From: a virus
Lineage: Duplodnaviria; Caudoviricetes
Reading direction: 5' to 3' (one strand)
Virus record (IMG/VR): IMGVR_UViG_3300021197_001693
Coordinates: 1 to 40,068 of that record
DNA: 40,068 nt
The notes below the pieces were generated by a model. That model was given only the letters and a program-made list of their open reading frames with translations, was not told the origin of the DNA and searched no databases. A program made the position numbers and the translations under genes. The number at the start of each line of letters is the position of its first letter. The first letter of the stretch is position 1. This document shows, piece by piece, positions 26,979 through 36,986 of this stretch.

Positions 26979-27410
26979 TTAATCTTCTTGTTCCTCACGA
27001 ACTAATTCAGGTAACAATGCGGTAACTTCAGCGCGTGTTACTTTGAATCCAGCTTTTTCAGAAATAGCATTTAGATCTGGCAATCCTTTTTGTGTCCAAT
27101 GCGTTTCTTCACCGTGATCAAGACTGTTAGCAACTTCTAATATTTTTGAATCTTTAACAGAACCATCAACATTAGCATCACCAGAGCCTTCAAAAGAATC
27201 ATCTTCTTGTTCATCACGAACTGGTAGTTCTTCACCACGTTCTTTATCTATACGCTCTTGATCAGCAAGTTTTACAGGAATAAGATAATTAGGCAGTGCT
27301 TTACCATCTGTCATATCTTTAGCCCATTTAGGCTTTATCCATTCAAATTTTTGACCTTCGCGTTTAACTTCAAACCCGTAGTAACATTTTTCTAATGCTT
27401 CAACCTGCAT
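26979..27410 (-). CDS. Hypothetical virion-module protein
   Basis: Acidic linker with a C-terminal HWTQKGLPDL...VTRAEV domain. Confidence 0.7.
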   Translation of the reverse strand: MQVEALEKCYYGFEVKREGQKFEWIKPKWAKDMTDGKALPNYLIPVKLADQERIDKERGEELPVRDEQEDDSFEGSGDANVDGSVKDSKILEVANSLDHGEETHWTQKGLPDLNAISEKAGFKVTRAEVTALLPELVREEQED

Positions 27411-27427
27411 TATTTACCCCTTAAACC

Positions 27428-27868
27428 TTAGTTAGTTTGGACATCGTAAGCATTAGGATAATACTGATGCTCATTTTGTTGTAAATCAACGTAAGAAGTA
27501 ACTGTTCCAGTTGTTGCATTTGTACCGCCAACTACATATTTAAAACCGTAGTAGCGTTTTTTGTTCTTGGTAAGGTTTAATTTACCAGCAAATACACGTT
27601 CACCAGCCGTAAGATCAGCCAATAAAACAGCTTCACTTTGATCAAGTATTTCAACGTTGGTTGTTAACGCTGCATCATCTGCACCAACAAACTGAATTGT
27701 TAAAGATGTTAATGTTGCAAAGTTAGCTGTTACAAGCGTACCAAAACATAATGGTTCACCTGCACCAAGACGAGAACCATTAGCACCAGAATCATAAACA
27801 TCTTCTGAATTAGCACTAGCGGTTACAGCTTGGTTTTCCGAAAATAAAGTTTCATTATCTAACATCAT
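27428..27868 (-). CDS. Capsid cement/decoration protein (Bbp16-like)
   Basis: MMLD..LFS.NQAVTA, LTSLTI and RYYG..YVV. Directly follows the MCP. Confidence 0.8.
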   Translation of the reverse strand: MMLDNETLFSENQAVTASANSEDVYDSGANGSRLGAGEPLCFGTLVTANFATLTSLTIQFVGADDAALTTNVEILDQSEAVLLADLTAGERVFAGKLNLTKNKKRYYGFKYVVGGTNATTGTVTSYVDLQQNEHQYYPNAYDVQTN

Positions 27869-27879
27869 GATCTTGTCTC

Positions 27880-28872
27880 CTAAACTACACGCTGTTCTGT
27901 ATTAAGTAGCGCATCACAAGTTCTGAATGCCACTTTACGGAATTTATTAACAATCTCACCATCAACTTCTTGTTGAGTGATTTGAATGTTTTGCTTGTTG
28001 AAAGACTGTAAATCAAGGTATTGTTCAATAGTGCGGTTCATATAGAAATAACACTTACCTTTCTTCACGCTATAAAGCTGATGCATAGCTTTAATTAAGA
28101 AGTTCCACAAGTCTGCACTTGCACCATCATCAGCTAAGGAATCAACAGGAATGTTTGCGATACGCACAACATAACGCCAATCTTTCAACGATAAACCACA
28201 CTTCATTGTATAAAGCGTTCTTAATGCCTGGAAGTAGTTACTAGAATCATCTTGAACTGATTCTTCACCAAGATCACGCGATTGTAAACCATAGCTGTTG
28301 CCTTGCCCTTTAGGGTAACGCATGTTTACGGTTTGCTGATCCCAACAAATTAACCAGATAGAAGTTAGGTTGCCAGTTGTACCACCTGCATCAATAACGT
28401 TTTCACCATTTTCAGCTGATAAATCACTATAACGCGGAGCAAGACCAGTGAATTTTTCAGGGGTAACATTTTCATTACCATAAAAAATTGTTGATGCTGC
28501 TTCTTGGCTCATTGCTTCTAAGAAAGGTGTTTCTTCAGAAAAACGCCACGCTGCACTATTTCCGTTAAGTGCTGCAAGTTCAATATCAATATGTGAACGT
28601 GCTTCAAGCATACCGATAGTATCAGTAACTTGTTGCGTTCTACTTTTTGAAATTGGAACACCTTTGTTAAACATGCGCCAGTAAACATCTGGCAAGCCTG
28701 TTCGTATTGTCTCACGGTGTCCAGTTTCCATATTTGCTTCATAGAAAGGACAATCCATAAGGATTTCATTTTCCTGTGAAAGAACTTCAGCAATTGGGCT
28801 GATCTTTCCATCAGGATCTAAACGCTTAGCATAATCAATAAGCGTTGGTAGGGTATTACCTTTAGTCGACAT
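27880..28872 (-). CDS. Major capsid protein (epsilon15/BPP-1 type)
   Basis: TL.D.AKR.DP.G, RTGLP..WR..N.GV, F.GLAPRY, DWRYVVRIANI and DALLNTE. Confidence 0.93.
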   Translation of the reverse strand: MSTKGNTLPTLIDYAKRLDPDGKISPIAEVLSQENEILMDCPFYEANMETGHRETIRTGLPDVYWRMFNKGVPISKSRTQQVTDTIGMLEARSHIDIELAALNGNSAAWRFSEETPFLEAMSQEAASTIFYGNENVTPEKFTGLAPRYSDLSAENGENVIDAGGTTGNLTSIWLICWDQQTVNMRYPKGQGNSYGLQSRDLGEESVQDDSSNYFQALRTLYTMKCGLSLKDWRYVVRIANIPVDSLADDGASADLWNFLIKAMHQLYSVKKGKCYFYMNRTIEQYLDLQSFNKQNIQITQQEVDGEIVNKFRKVAFRTCDALLNTEQRVV

Positions 28873-28887
28873 AATGTTTCTCCACCA

Positions 28888-29574
28888 CTACGGGTTCATA
28901 TTACTGTTGTTGTAAAGCTTCTGAGCAGAATTTTTGTCACCTGCACCGCTTTGTTCACCACCTTCAGCAAAACTATCTTCACCAATAGCTTTACCAACAT
29001 TCAAGGCAAACTTAACTAATGCTGGATGATTTCCCATTCCAGTTTCTTCTAACGCTTTGGTAAGTTCTTCACCACCAAATTGATTTATGGCAGTTTTGGC
29101 AATTTCAACATTATCATTGTAATTGGCTCCACCAAAATCAGCATCAGACTTTAACGATTCACCCCAACCTTTAACGGTTTCATTCCAAGCATCAGCTTGT
29201 TTTATTGCCATTTCTTGTAAGTGTTCCGCAATTACAGGAGCAATTTTATTAACTTGCTCATTTGTAAGATTTGCATCTTTTGCTATTGGTGCGAACTTAT
29301 CCGCTAGTGCCTGATCTAATACCATTCCTTCTGGTAAGTCATACGTGTATTCTTCTGGTACGTCTGACTGATCACCACCTTCATCATCGGAACCACCTTC
29401 ATCATCTGAAGAATCATCACCTTGATCACCAGCGGCTTGTTCACCACTTTCATCATTTTGATTTTCTTCATCAGTTGAATTGTTTTCTTCTGATGAATCG
29501 TTAACATCTTCCACGCTTTGTTGCCCATCGGTGTTATCCTGTGAAGCATCAACATTGTCGCTTTTGGTTGTCAT
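28888..29574 (-). CDS. Capsid scaffolding protein
   Basis: Acidic disordered N-terminus, PEEY...LPEG, D..FGG and GMGNHP. Located upstream of the MCP. Confidence 0.82.
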   Translation of the reverse strand: MTTKSDNVDASQDNTDGQQSVEDVNDSSEENNSTDEENQNDESGEQAAGDQGDDSSDDEGGSDDEGGDQSDVPEEYTYDLPEGMVLDQALADKFAPIAKDANLTNEQVNKIAPVIAEHLQEMAIKQADAWNETVKGWGESLKSDADFGGANYNDNVEIAKTAINQFGGEELTKALEETGMGNHPALVKFALNVGKAIGEDSFAEGGEQSGAGDKNSAQKLYNNSNMNP

Positions 29575-29924
29575 CTTTTCTTACTCTCTATCATTGAGTT
29601 AATTTCTAGTAAATTCTCTTGTTGCATCAAAATCCAAGCATTAGGATCAGCTAAAAGAATGTCATTTAACATTTCTAAACCAACCGATCTTTTACCTTCA
29701 TTATGATACGACCAAGAATTTCCTGTCATTGTACTTGTATAAATACCACACTTTGAAAGATTTTTCCACATTACACGCCTAAATGATGGATTTTGCAACA
29801 ATGTTTTCAATTCATTGCGTTCACGCAATATAGATTGTCGCTCATTTTCAGCGCGTTCATGTTCACCTTGTTCTTCTAATTTATCAAAGTAAATCTTTTC
29901 TTCTACACTTAATAAAGTGTTCAC
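29571..29924 (-). CDS. Bbp19-like head-module protein
   Basis: FRRVMW..L..CG...NEGKRSVGL, between portal and scaffold. GTG start. Confidence 0.75.
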   Translation of the reverse strand: MNTLLSVEEKIYFDKLEEQGEHERAENERQSILRERNELKTLLQNPSFRRVMWKNLSKCGIYTSTMTGNSWSYHNEGKRSVGLEMLNDILLADPNAWILMQQENLLEINSMIESKKR

Positions 29925-31594
29925 TATAAACCACCTAAGTTAGCTTGCATAAGTTGCAATGCGCTTTGACCACCAGTGTCAGTTTCACTTAATAATTTAG
30001 CTGCACCAGCTGCTTGTTCCATTGGTTGTGCTGAAGCGGCTATTTGTTCAGCTTGTTGTTGTTCTGCGCGTTGCTTACGAATAACACCAACCTTTTCATC
30101 ACTATTAATAATAACAGGGTTAGCACCAGTAATACGAACATATTCATCAACAACAGCATCAGCATTGATTTTATCTAATACTTCAGGTTTAGATGCAGAC
30201 AAATTGCCAATAAAACTAACACTTCTTTCAATAGAACCAAGGCCAACTAATTTTTGTGCTTGTGCCATCATTGAAATATATTCAATCTGAATTTCAACAC
30301 CTTCTAGTTCAGGTGGTGGTGGTGGCAACATGCCACGCCTATTCATTTCATCAAACATACGTTCAACAACAGGATCCAATGCTTCTTCATTTAATCGGTT
30401 AAGCACTGGACCAAGCATTAGTAATTTTTCTTCTTGGCGTTCTGCTATTTCAGTTGCAGTAACATTTGAACGGTTAATGTTAGTAATAAGCAAAAACAAA
30501 TCAGCAAAGAAAGACTGATCAATAATAGCGCGACTATCACCAATACTATTTAATACATCACCTATTGGATAGTTAACATTAAATACAGGTTCAATTTTAG
30601 CACCCATATTATTATCAGGAATATAATTAACACCACCAGGAACAAGTGAAGCACGATTGTTTCTTAATGAAGCTGGCACATTTAACGGTGGATTAACCAT
30701 TTTATCTTGTGCTTCATATCTGGTTTTGTGATCTTTTTGTAAACCACGCGCTGTACCAAGGGAAATCATACCTGGTGCAAACGAACCATAAGAATCATTA
30801 CCAACAACTTCCCAACGCGGAGATATAGAAGGAAACGTTCTAAATCCACTTTCCCTTAATATCTTTCCATCACCGTTGCCTGGTTCCCAATAGATAGACA
30901 TAAACGGCATGTTCTTAGCATCCATGCGTTCAGGATTAAAATTAGCTCTTGGCGCTATCAAATGGCGAATAGGAAACATTGATTTAAAATCTTTTGCATC
31001 AAACGCTGATTGCACCGCATTACTACAATTATCTTTGCCAAACTTATTCACTAATTGTTGAGCAGTAAATTTATATTCAGCCGCCCATTGATTAGTGTCT
31101 AATCGTTCAGAATTAGCAATACGATAAGAACCCATTGGCCTTTGTTCAAAACGAATAACTGTTTTAGGATCTTCAGCCATCGTTACATTGCCAGTGCTGT
31201 AGATTCCTAGGTCAGAATACATTGATGGCATAACGTTGTAGAAGTTAGAACGCGCTAATTGGTTTAGAATTCGTTTTGATACATCATCAAGCCATAAACG
31301 CACTGAATGAAATTTGTTTAAATCTTCATCTTCAGTTTGCAATTTAATCCAAGGCGTTGATGGGTTTGTTACACCTGCCATCATGCCGTAACTTAATGTT
31401 CTAGCCGCTAATGTAGGATTAGGATCAATCATTGTACGGTTAAAATGCCACTTCTGGTTTTCAGTGTCTTTTTCAAAACGCTGACGACCAGGATCAAAAG
31501 AACGTGAAAGCTCTCTAAAATGTGGCTCCCATTGTTGGAAAACGGAATCCATTCCACCCCATACGCGTTCTAATGAATCATGTTCGTTTTGCAT
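29924..31594 (-). CDS. Portal (head-to-tail connector)
   Basis: 556 aa. PRWEV...YG, TATEIAERQEEKLLMLGPVL and IEYISMMAQAQK. Confidence 0.93.
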   Translation of the reverse strand: MQNEHDSLERVWGGMDSVFQQWEPHFRELSRSFDPGRQRFEKDTENQKWHFNRTMIDPNPTLAARTLSYGMMAGVTNPSTPWIKLQTEDEDLNKFHSVRLWLDDVSKRILNQLARSNFYNVMPSMYSDLGIYSTGNVTMAEDPKTVIRFEQRPMGSYRIANSERLDTNQWAAEYKFTAQQLVNKFGKDNCSNAVQSAFDAKDFKSMFPIRHLIAPRANFNPERMDAKNMPFMSIYWEPGNGDGKILRESGFRTFPSISPRWEVVGNDSYGSFAPGMISLGTARGLQKDHKTRYEAQDKMVNPPLNVPASLRNNRASLVPGGVNYIPDNNMGAKIEPVFNVNYPIGDVLNSIGDSRAIIDQSFFADLFLLITNINRSNVTATEIAERQEEKLLMLGPVLNRLNEEALDPVVERMFDEMNRRGMLPPPPPELEGVEIQIEYISMMAQAQKLVGLGSIERSVSFIGNLSASKPEVLDKINADAVVDEYVRITGANPVIINSDEKVGVIRKQRAEQQQAEQIAASAQPMEQAAGAAKLLSETDTGGQSALQLMQANLGGL

Positions 31595-31595
31595 A

Positions 31596-31796
31596 CTAAG
31601 AACCTAATAATGTTTTGGTTTGCGTTGGTGCTTGTTGTGCGCCAGTTGGACCAGTTAAAACAGTAGAGCGTGAACCCTTAGCTCCTGCCCGTCTACGCCT
31701 TTCTTCATCACGACCTTGAATAGCTGCATCATCTGCACCAGTAATTGGTGGTGGTGCTAATGGCTGTGGTGGTGGCTTACTTGAACCAAAACACAT
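31596..31796 (-). CDS. Small conserved protein upstream of the portal
   Basis: MC..PPP...RRR..G..STVLTG...KTLLG pattern typical of this gene position. Confidence 0.75.
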   Translation of the reverse strand: MCFGSSKPPPQPLAPPPITGADDAAIQGRDEERRRRAGAKGSRSTVLTGPTGAQQAPTQTKTLLGS

Positions 31797-31806
31797 AGTT
31801 TACCCC

Positions 31807-33363
31807 TTAAAAAATATCATAGTCAGTATCAGCAGTTTTATTATCCCAAGGATTATAATCAGTGTTTGCAACACTGCTATTGCTGTTAAAAGTTCTTGCT
31901 CTTGGTGCAACTGGCATAGCATGTAATAAAATTTGTGAATCAAATAAATCCGTTGATACGCCAATAATCTTCTTGATCATATCTTTTGGAATTAATATTT
32001 CTCTATCACGTTTATCATGCGTATATTCTACCGCACCAATCTCTGTTAATAAATCATCATCTTCAGGTACACTACCACCTTCTTTAATCCATTCCAAATA
32101 TGAATGCGCCATGTATGCGCGCATATTAGCAAAATGTGGATCAGGTGAAGAACTAGCAAAGTTAATACCCGTTGCATTATAGCCAAGTTGACGAATGCGA
32201 TCACCTACTGGACCACCAACACCTGTTTCATCAATAAAGAAAGCATCAGGATTAAATTCATTTAATAATTTAGTAGCAACAGCAACTAATTTCATGCTAT
32301 CGCGGTATTCACTACCAGGTAAAACAACAGGCTTTCTTACTTTGCCGTTTTGCCCTGTTCTAAATGAGAATACACAATAATCTTCACCACCACGCGCAAT
32401 ATCTAAAGACATTACTTTTGCATCACCTGGCAAGTTGCTAATTTCTTTTTTAGAAGCTGCAACAAATAAATCAGTTGGAATTTTCTGGTTACTTGATGCG
32501 CTTGGAAATTCACCTTTTACACGTACACGATAAAAATCACTATCTTCACCATAATCTTTGATCCATTGTTCAAGTAATTTTTTATTGGTTACTTGAACAG
32601 ATCTTGAATCAACTCTACGACTATTCCACACATTTCTGAATTTACGCCAACATTCGCGGAAACGTCCAGTGTTACGTGTTGGATTACCAAACACAAACCA
32701 GAATGGTTCACCATCGGTTAAACCACCTTCAGCAACTTCCCATATTTTATCTGGCACACCTGAAGCTTCATCAAATAAATACCAAGGCGTTGAGTTAGCA
32801 CAATGCAAACCAGCAAATGATTCACTGTTTTCTTCACGACACGTTATAGCATCAACACGCCATGTTTCAGCGTTCTTCTTTTGGTAAAGGTTCATGTTAC
32901 CTTTACCATTATTTAATTCAAACCAGTGGCCCGTTATACACTTCTTTTTCCATTTGGCTAACTCGCCCCAAGTCTTAGTTCTTAGCTGATCACCAGTATT
33001 AGAAGTAACAACGCCCTTAGAAAAAGGGCGTGTACTCATAACAAAAAGAATAAGCCAAGAACTAGCCGCGCTTTTACCGATACCATGACCAGAACTAGTT
33101 GAATCTTTATATGGTTCAACAGGGTCTTTGCCATTAAATTTATTTTTCTTAATGTGAGATTGAAGATCATCACAAAAATTACAAAACCATTCGTCAGGAC
33201 CATATTTAGAATTAAACCTACTGGCCCAAGGTTCTTTTAGTTCTACAATTTGAAGATCGGGATCAGAATCCCAAGGAAAAGCAAACATGACAAAACCGAG
33301 TGGATCAGCATAATATTTTGAAATTTCTTTAGCTAATAATATGTCAGGATTAGTCTTAGTCAT
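31807..33363 (-). CDS. terL: Terminase large subunit
   Basis: Walker A SGHGIGKS, Walker B LFDEASG, GNPT coupling motif and nuclease LDIARGGED. Confidence 0.95.
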   Translation of the reverse strand: MTKTNPDILLAKEISKYYADPLGFVMFAFPWDSDPDLQIVELKEPWASRFNSKYGPDEWFCNFCDDLQSHIKKNKFNGKDPVEPYKDSTSSGHGIGKSAASSWLILFVMSTRPFSKGVVTSNTGDQLRTKTWGELAKWKKKCITGHWFELNNGKGNMNLYQKKNAETWRVDAITCREENSESFAGLHCANSTPWYLFDEASGVPDKIWEVAEGGLTDGEPFWFVFGNPTRNTGRFRECWRKFRNVWNSRRVDSRSVQVTNKKLLEQWIKDYGEDSDFYRVRVKGEFPSASSNQKIPTDLFVAASKKEISNLPGDAKVMSLDIARGGEDYCVFSFRTGQNGKVRKPVVLPGSEYRDSMKLVAVATKLLNEFNPDAFFIDETGVGGPVGDRIRQLGYNATGINFASSSPDPHFANMRAYMAHSYLEWIKEGGSVPEDDDLLTEIGAVEYTHDKRDREILIPKDMIKKIIGVSTDLFDSQILLHAMPVAPRARTFNSNSSVANTDYNPWDNKTADTDYDIF

Positions 33364-33889
33364 TATCATTAGGATTCATTCGATTCCTACCTTCTTGAAT
33401 AAGTTTTGCTAAATCTTCAGTTAAACCTAAATCAACGCGCTGTGCAGCGTGATCACCATCCATTTTATTTAATTCTCCAACGGCTGATATAACACCTTTA
33501 GGATCAAAACAAAAAGCCGCCACTGTATTTCCAGTTGGCCCTTTAACAAATACCTGCTTACCTTTAGCTGTCTTTACTGGTACAGCTTGCATACAACGCT
33601 GATAAACTTCTATTAGTACATCACGCTTATGATTAAATGAACCGATTGCATTTTCTAAAGCTTGGGCTTCTTGAATAGCTCTAACAGAATCCATGAACGC
33701 TTTAACGTTAGGTTTATTCAATATTTGATTAGCTAAATCGCCACGGTTCTTTTCATTTTTACATTTTCCGTTTGCAGCCTTATGCGCTTCACCTGGTTTC
33801 TTACCTTCAAGCACACCAAGAACAACACCCTTTTGCAAAGGTGTTAACTTCTCGAATAACTTTTTCTGATCATCGGTTAGTTCAGACAA
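33356..33889 (-). CDS. terS: Terminase small subunit
   Basis: Overlaps the terL start. N-terminal helical DNA-binding region and AVGELNKMDG. TTG start. Confidence 0.75.
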   Translation of the reverse strand: MSELTDDQKKLFEKLTPLQKGVVLGVLEGKKPGEAHKAANGKCKNEKNRGDLANQILNKPNVKAFMDSVRAIQEAQALENAIGSFNHKRDVLIEVYQRCMQAVPVKTAKGKQVFVKGPTGNTVAAFCFDPKGVISAVGELNKMDGDHAAQRVDLGLTEDLAKLIQEGRNRMNPNDND

Positions 33890-34408
33890 CTATTGATTCC
33901 AACCTTCAGCTATTAAATTTACTTTTGCAGTTTGGTTTTCTGTATTGGTAATTCTAACCATATAGCTTAAACCACTTTGCAATAACAATAATTCATCTGG
34001 CAAACCTGAACCTAATAAGTTTTGCCTTATATAAAATCTACTTCCAGCAAAGTTTTCAGCTAGTAATTCTCTAGCAGGTGTGACAAGGGGAACGCCATCA
34101 TTGGTAACTGTTGGATTTACAATTAATTTAGATTCACTAGGTTTGTTTTCTCTTGAATTTCTAGGGGATGCTAACACAGTATCACCAGTGCCATCTGTAT
34201 ATTGAGTTGCAACAAATGATTGCCATGTTAAAACTTCAACACCTGAAGCTTCTAATATAAAAGCCCTAATAGCAAAATCTAGTTCTGAACCTACATCTAA
34301 AACATAATCAACAGTTTGAGCCGCTGGTATTTCTATGAAATAAGAAAACAACTGACAATAGCCATTCTTCCATCTTGATTCGTATAACGATCTTGTAATG
34401 CTAGACAT
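33890..34408 (-). CDS. Hypothetical beta-rich protein
   Basis: 172-aa ORF abutting terS. Confidence 0.7.
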   Translation of the reverse strand: MSSITRSLYESRWKNGYCQLFSYFIEIPAAQTVDYVLDVGSELDFAIRAFILEASGVEVLTWQSFVATQYTDGTGDTVLASPRNSRENKPSESKLIVNPTVTNDGVPLVTPARELLAENFAGSRFYIRQNLLGSGLPDELLLLQSGLSYMVRITNTENQTAKVNLIAEGWNQ

Positions 34409-34421
34409 AAGTCACCGCTTA

Positions 34422-34790
34422 TTAATTAGGTTGATTGTTATTAAATATAGCACTTTTTCTTACTATAGCTGTTAACAAGTAAAGTGTTCTTGTACCGTTG
34501 TGAGCCGCCACCGCAATAATTACAGCTGACATATAAAAACCCACTTCATAACTTGCACATGCAAATGCAACAAGCAAACCAACAAATGCACTAACAAAAG
34601 TTTCAATAAACCAACCAAGTAACGTTGGCTTTTCACCACCTTTAACATTAATTAACCAGCGAACTGTTCCAGCCCAACCAGATAGAACCAACACAATAAA
34701 AAAGTTCCAAACACCTTGTTCAGATAACCTTTGTAAAAAATTTAAACTATCACCTGGCATTTTTGATTTTTCCATAGTTAGTGCGCTCAT
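34422..34790 (-). CDS. Holin (LydA-like, 3 TM)
   Basis: Three hydrophobic helices, W.G.VRWL and VSAFVG motifs. Located in the lysis cluster. Confidence 0.78.
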   Translation of the reverse strand: MSALTMEKSKMPGDSLNFLQRLSEQGVWNFFIVLVLSGWAGTVRWLINVKGGEKPTLLGWFIETFVSAFVGLLVAFACASYEVGFYMSAVIIAVAAHNGTRTLYLLTAIVRKSAIFNNNQPN

Positions 34791-34824
34791 TCGATTTTAA
34801 TTGATTATAGCATATTTACAATGA

Positions 34825-35046
34825 TTAATTTATATCAACCATAGCATCAACAAGGCCGCGAGCTGCACAAAAATCAACACCAATATCAACACCCGCTGAA
34901 TTTAACTGTTCTTTGATTACAATTCTTAATTCTGGGTTTACTGATTGACAGTAATTTTTTGATATATCACCAAACTTATATGTTGAAGAACAGCTTGCTA
35001 ACAACAAAATAAAAACAATTATACTTACTCTTTTTAAACCTACCAT
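34825..35046 (-). CDS. Small lipoprotein (possible lysis accessory)
   Basis: KR plus a hydrophobic stretch and LASC lipobox. Confidence 0.7.
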   Translation of the reverse strand: MVGLKRVSIIVFILLLASCSSTYKFGDISKNYCQSVNPELRIVIKEQLNSAGVDIGVDFCAARGLVDAMVDIN

Positions 35047-35414
35047 TTTGGACCGCCTATTTTAACAGCTAAGTACATTTGCTTAGCTTTGATTTTACTT
35101 ACACCATCAGCAAGCATTGCTTCATAAAACATCTTATGAACCTTCTTGTGTGGCATTGATTTAGTTTTACAATAAACATCATGAATAACACTAGCCCTTC
35201 TGTATTTACCAACAAAAGGAGAACCAATAAACCGCCAAAATAAACGAGGAATACTAGCACCATCAACAATAGAACCACAAGGAGCAAACCATTTAAACCC
35301 ATACTTATCAATAAATGAGAATGGTGAAACTAGTTCCATTTCCCTAGGGGATTCAGGTAGCCATCTAGCTATAACATCACCGTAAAACCTAACTTTTTCA
35401 TTAGGTAATTTCAT
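35040..35414 (-). CDS. DUF1353-family protein
   Basis: P.G..VDGASIPR.FW...G.PF.G.Y..ASVIHD.YC motif. Confidence 0.82.
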   Translation of the reverse strand: MKLPNEKVRFYGDVIARWLPESPREMELVSPFSFIDKYGFKWFAPCGSIVDGASIPRLFWRFIGSPFVGKYRRASVIHDVYCKTKSMPHKKVHKMFYEAMLADGVSKIKAKQMYLAVKIGGPKW

Positions 35415-35416
35415 GA

Positions 35417-35827
35417 TTACCACCTAGCCTTAATCGGCCTAGTATCTGCATGTGTAAATGTAACATAACTACCCAACCCAAGTGAATCAGGATATTTATC
35501 ATTTAAATAGTTATATACGTGTTGAGGATCAACGGGGAATTTATTAGGAATGAATATTTTAAAGTCAATAGCACAAGCTCTCGGATGTTGGCTATTATCA
35601 TTAGAACCTGGCCCACCTTGAACAACTGGTATTCTATTGTATTGATAACAGCTAGCACCGCGACCAATATCTAAATAAACCCTATCAACATTGTGAAGGT
35701 TAGCAAAGTGATCACAAGCATCTTGAACTATTTGAATTATCGGTTCTTCATCAAGAATACGCACATCACAATTACCACACTTACATAGTAATTCATGCCT
35801 TGATATGTTCTTTGTTAAATCGCCCAT
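35417..35827 (-). CDS. Endolysin, peptidase M15 family
   Basis: CKCGNC, SQH...AID and FTHAD zinc ligands. Confidence 0.85.
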   Translation of the reverse strand: MGDLTKNISRHELLCKCGNCDVRILDEEPIIQIVQDACDHFANLHNVDRVYLDIGRGASCYQYNRIPVVQGGPGSNDNSQHPRACAIDFKIFIPNKFPVDPQHVYNYLNDKYPDSLGLGSYVTFTHADTRPIKARW

Positions 35828-35857
35828 TACATAACCTTAAACTTGTTCTGATTATTT

Positions 35858-35866
35858 ATTATACCA
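35858..35866 (-). promoter_or_regulatory. Extended -10 promoter (TGGTATAAT) upstream of the lysis/late genes
   Basis: Perfect TGnTATAAT just downstream of a terminator and 30 bp upstream of the endolysin. A second TGCTATAAT lies at 34812-34804. Confidence 0.55.
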
Positions 35867-35873
35867 CAATAGC

Positions 35874-35904
35874 AAAAAACCGCTAAAAGTTAAATTAGCG
35901 GTTT
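35874..35904 (-). terminator. Rho-independent terminator
   Basis: AAACCGCTAA/TTAGCGGTTT stem with a U-tract on the minus strand. Confidence 0.7.
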
Positions 35905-35942
35905 ATCGACCTATTAGGATTTTTTACATTTCACATGTTTTA

Positions 35943-36284
35943 TTAAGCTAGCCGCATTCGTTCAAAGTTTTGATTTTGCACTTTGGCAAAGTTAGCAACT
36001 AAAACATTCAATTCACGACAAGCTAATTTAATGCTATTAACTTGTAATACTACATCACCACCGTAATCAAATATTTCAATGCTATTAACGTTAATGTACT
36101 TAATAACATCAATAGTAGATTCAGTTGGTTGAACTGACACTTCAGGTAATGCTTTTAACTGCATAACCTTTGCTAGTTCGACAAATGCAACATCAAACAC
36201 CTTATCTTTAATCGCTGATGCAATAGCAGAGCATGACAAAGCCATACTTGCAAAACCCACCAGTAAAACTTTACTTATTTTCAT
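35943..36284 (-). CDS. Hypothetical exported protein
   Basis: ATG 36284 with GGAG SD. Signal-peptide-like MKISKVLLVGFASMALSCSAIA. Confidence 0.6.
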   Translation of the reverse strand: MKISKVLLVGFASMALSCSAIASAIKDKVFDVAFVELAKVMQLKALPEVSVQPTESTIDVIKYINVNSIEIFDYGGDVVLQVNSIKLACRELNVLVANFAKVQNQNFERMRLA

Positions 36285-36343
36285 TGTTATAACTCCATCA
36301 AGATGAAAAACCAAATTAACTTGGTAAACAATTTATACCTTAC

Positions 36344-36928
36344 TTAATCTTGCTTTTCAACATCTATAATTTCAGGTTCAGGTTTTACCCAAGGAAATTC
36401 TATATCAACGCAACTATCCTTAGAAGTAAAAGTACAACCATCTGGTTCACGGAATATTTTCCCATCAAGCCAATATGCTATTCCATCTTTACCTTTTTTG
36501 AATACAGTTCCGCAACGCTTGTTTTGATAAGTATCACTTTCAGAACAAATATGATTCCATTCTTCATCTTCACCAGTAAGAGGTGTTAACGGTTCAAACC
36601 TGGCTAACTTTTCAAACATACTTATACAATAAGGTGCTGAAAAACCAGAATGACCTTGATTAGAAAAAACACTTAAAAGTTCAATAATATTTTTACAAAT
36701 CCACTTATTCGGATCTTCTTCTTTTTGCTCTAAATCATAACCAGCAAATTCAAGTTCACGTTTAGCATGATGAATGTAATTACTATTGTACGCTTGCTTG
36801 AATCTATGACTAACAAGCCACGCGTTAATTTTATTGATTAAACGATTAAATAGAAAAACACCTAATGCACGTTTAACTTTATACTTGAACGGTTCTTTGT
36901 GTACTAATGCACCATTAACATCTGACAT
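36344..36928 (-). CDS. Conserved hypothetical phage protein
   Basis: QGHSGFSA...PLTPLTGEDEEW...QNKRC..VFK motif set seen in phage proteins. Confidence 0.75.
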   Translation of the reverse strand: MSDVNGALVHKEPFKYKVKRALGVFLFNRLINKINAWLVSHRFKQAYNSNYIHHAKRELEFAGYDLEQKEEDPNKWICKNIIELLSVFSNQGHSGFSAPYCISMFEKLARFEPLTPLTGEDEEWNHICSESDTYQNKRCGTVFKKGKDGIAYWLDGKIFREPDGCTFTSKDSCVDIEFPWVKPEPEIIDVEKQD

Positions 36929-36986
36929 TGTTATTACCTTTTAGTTTTTAGCCAAGTACAAAGCCCTTGGCTAAAAGGCTAATTCA

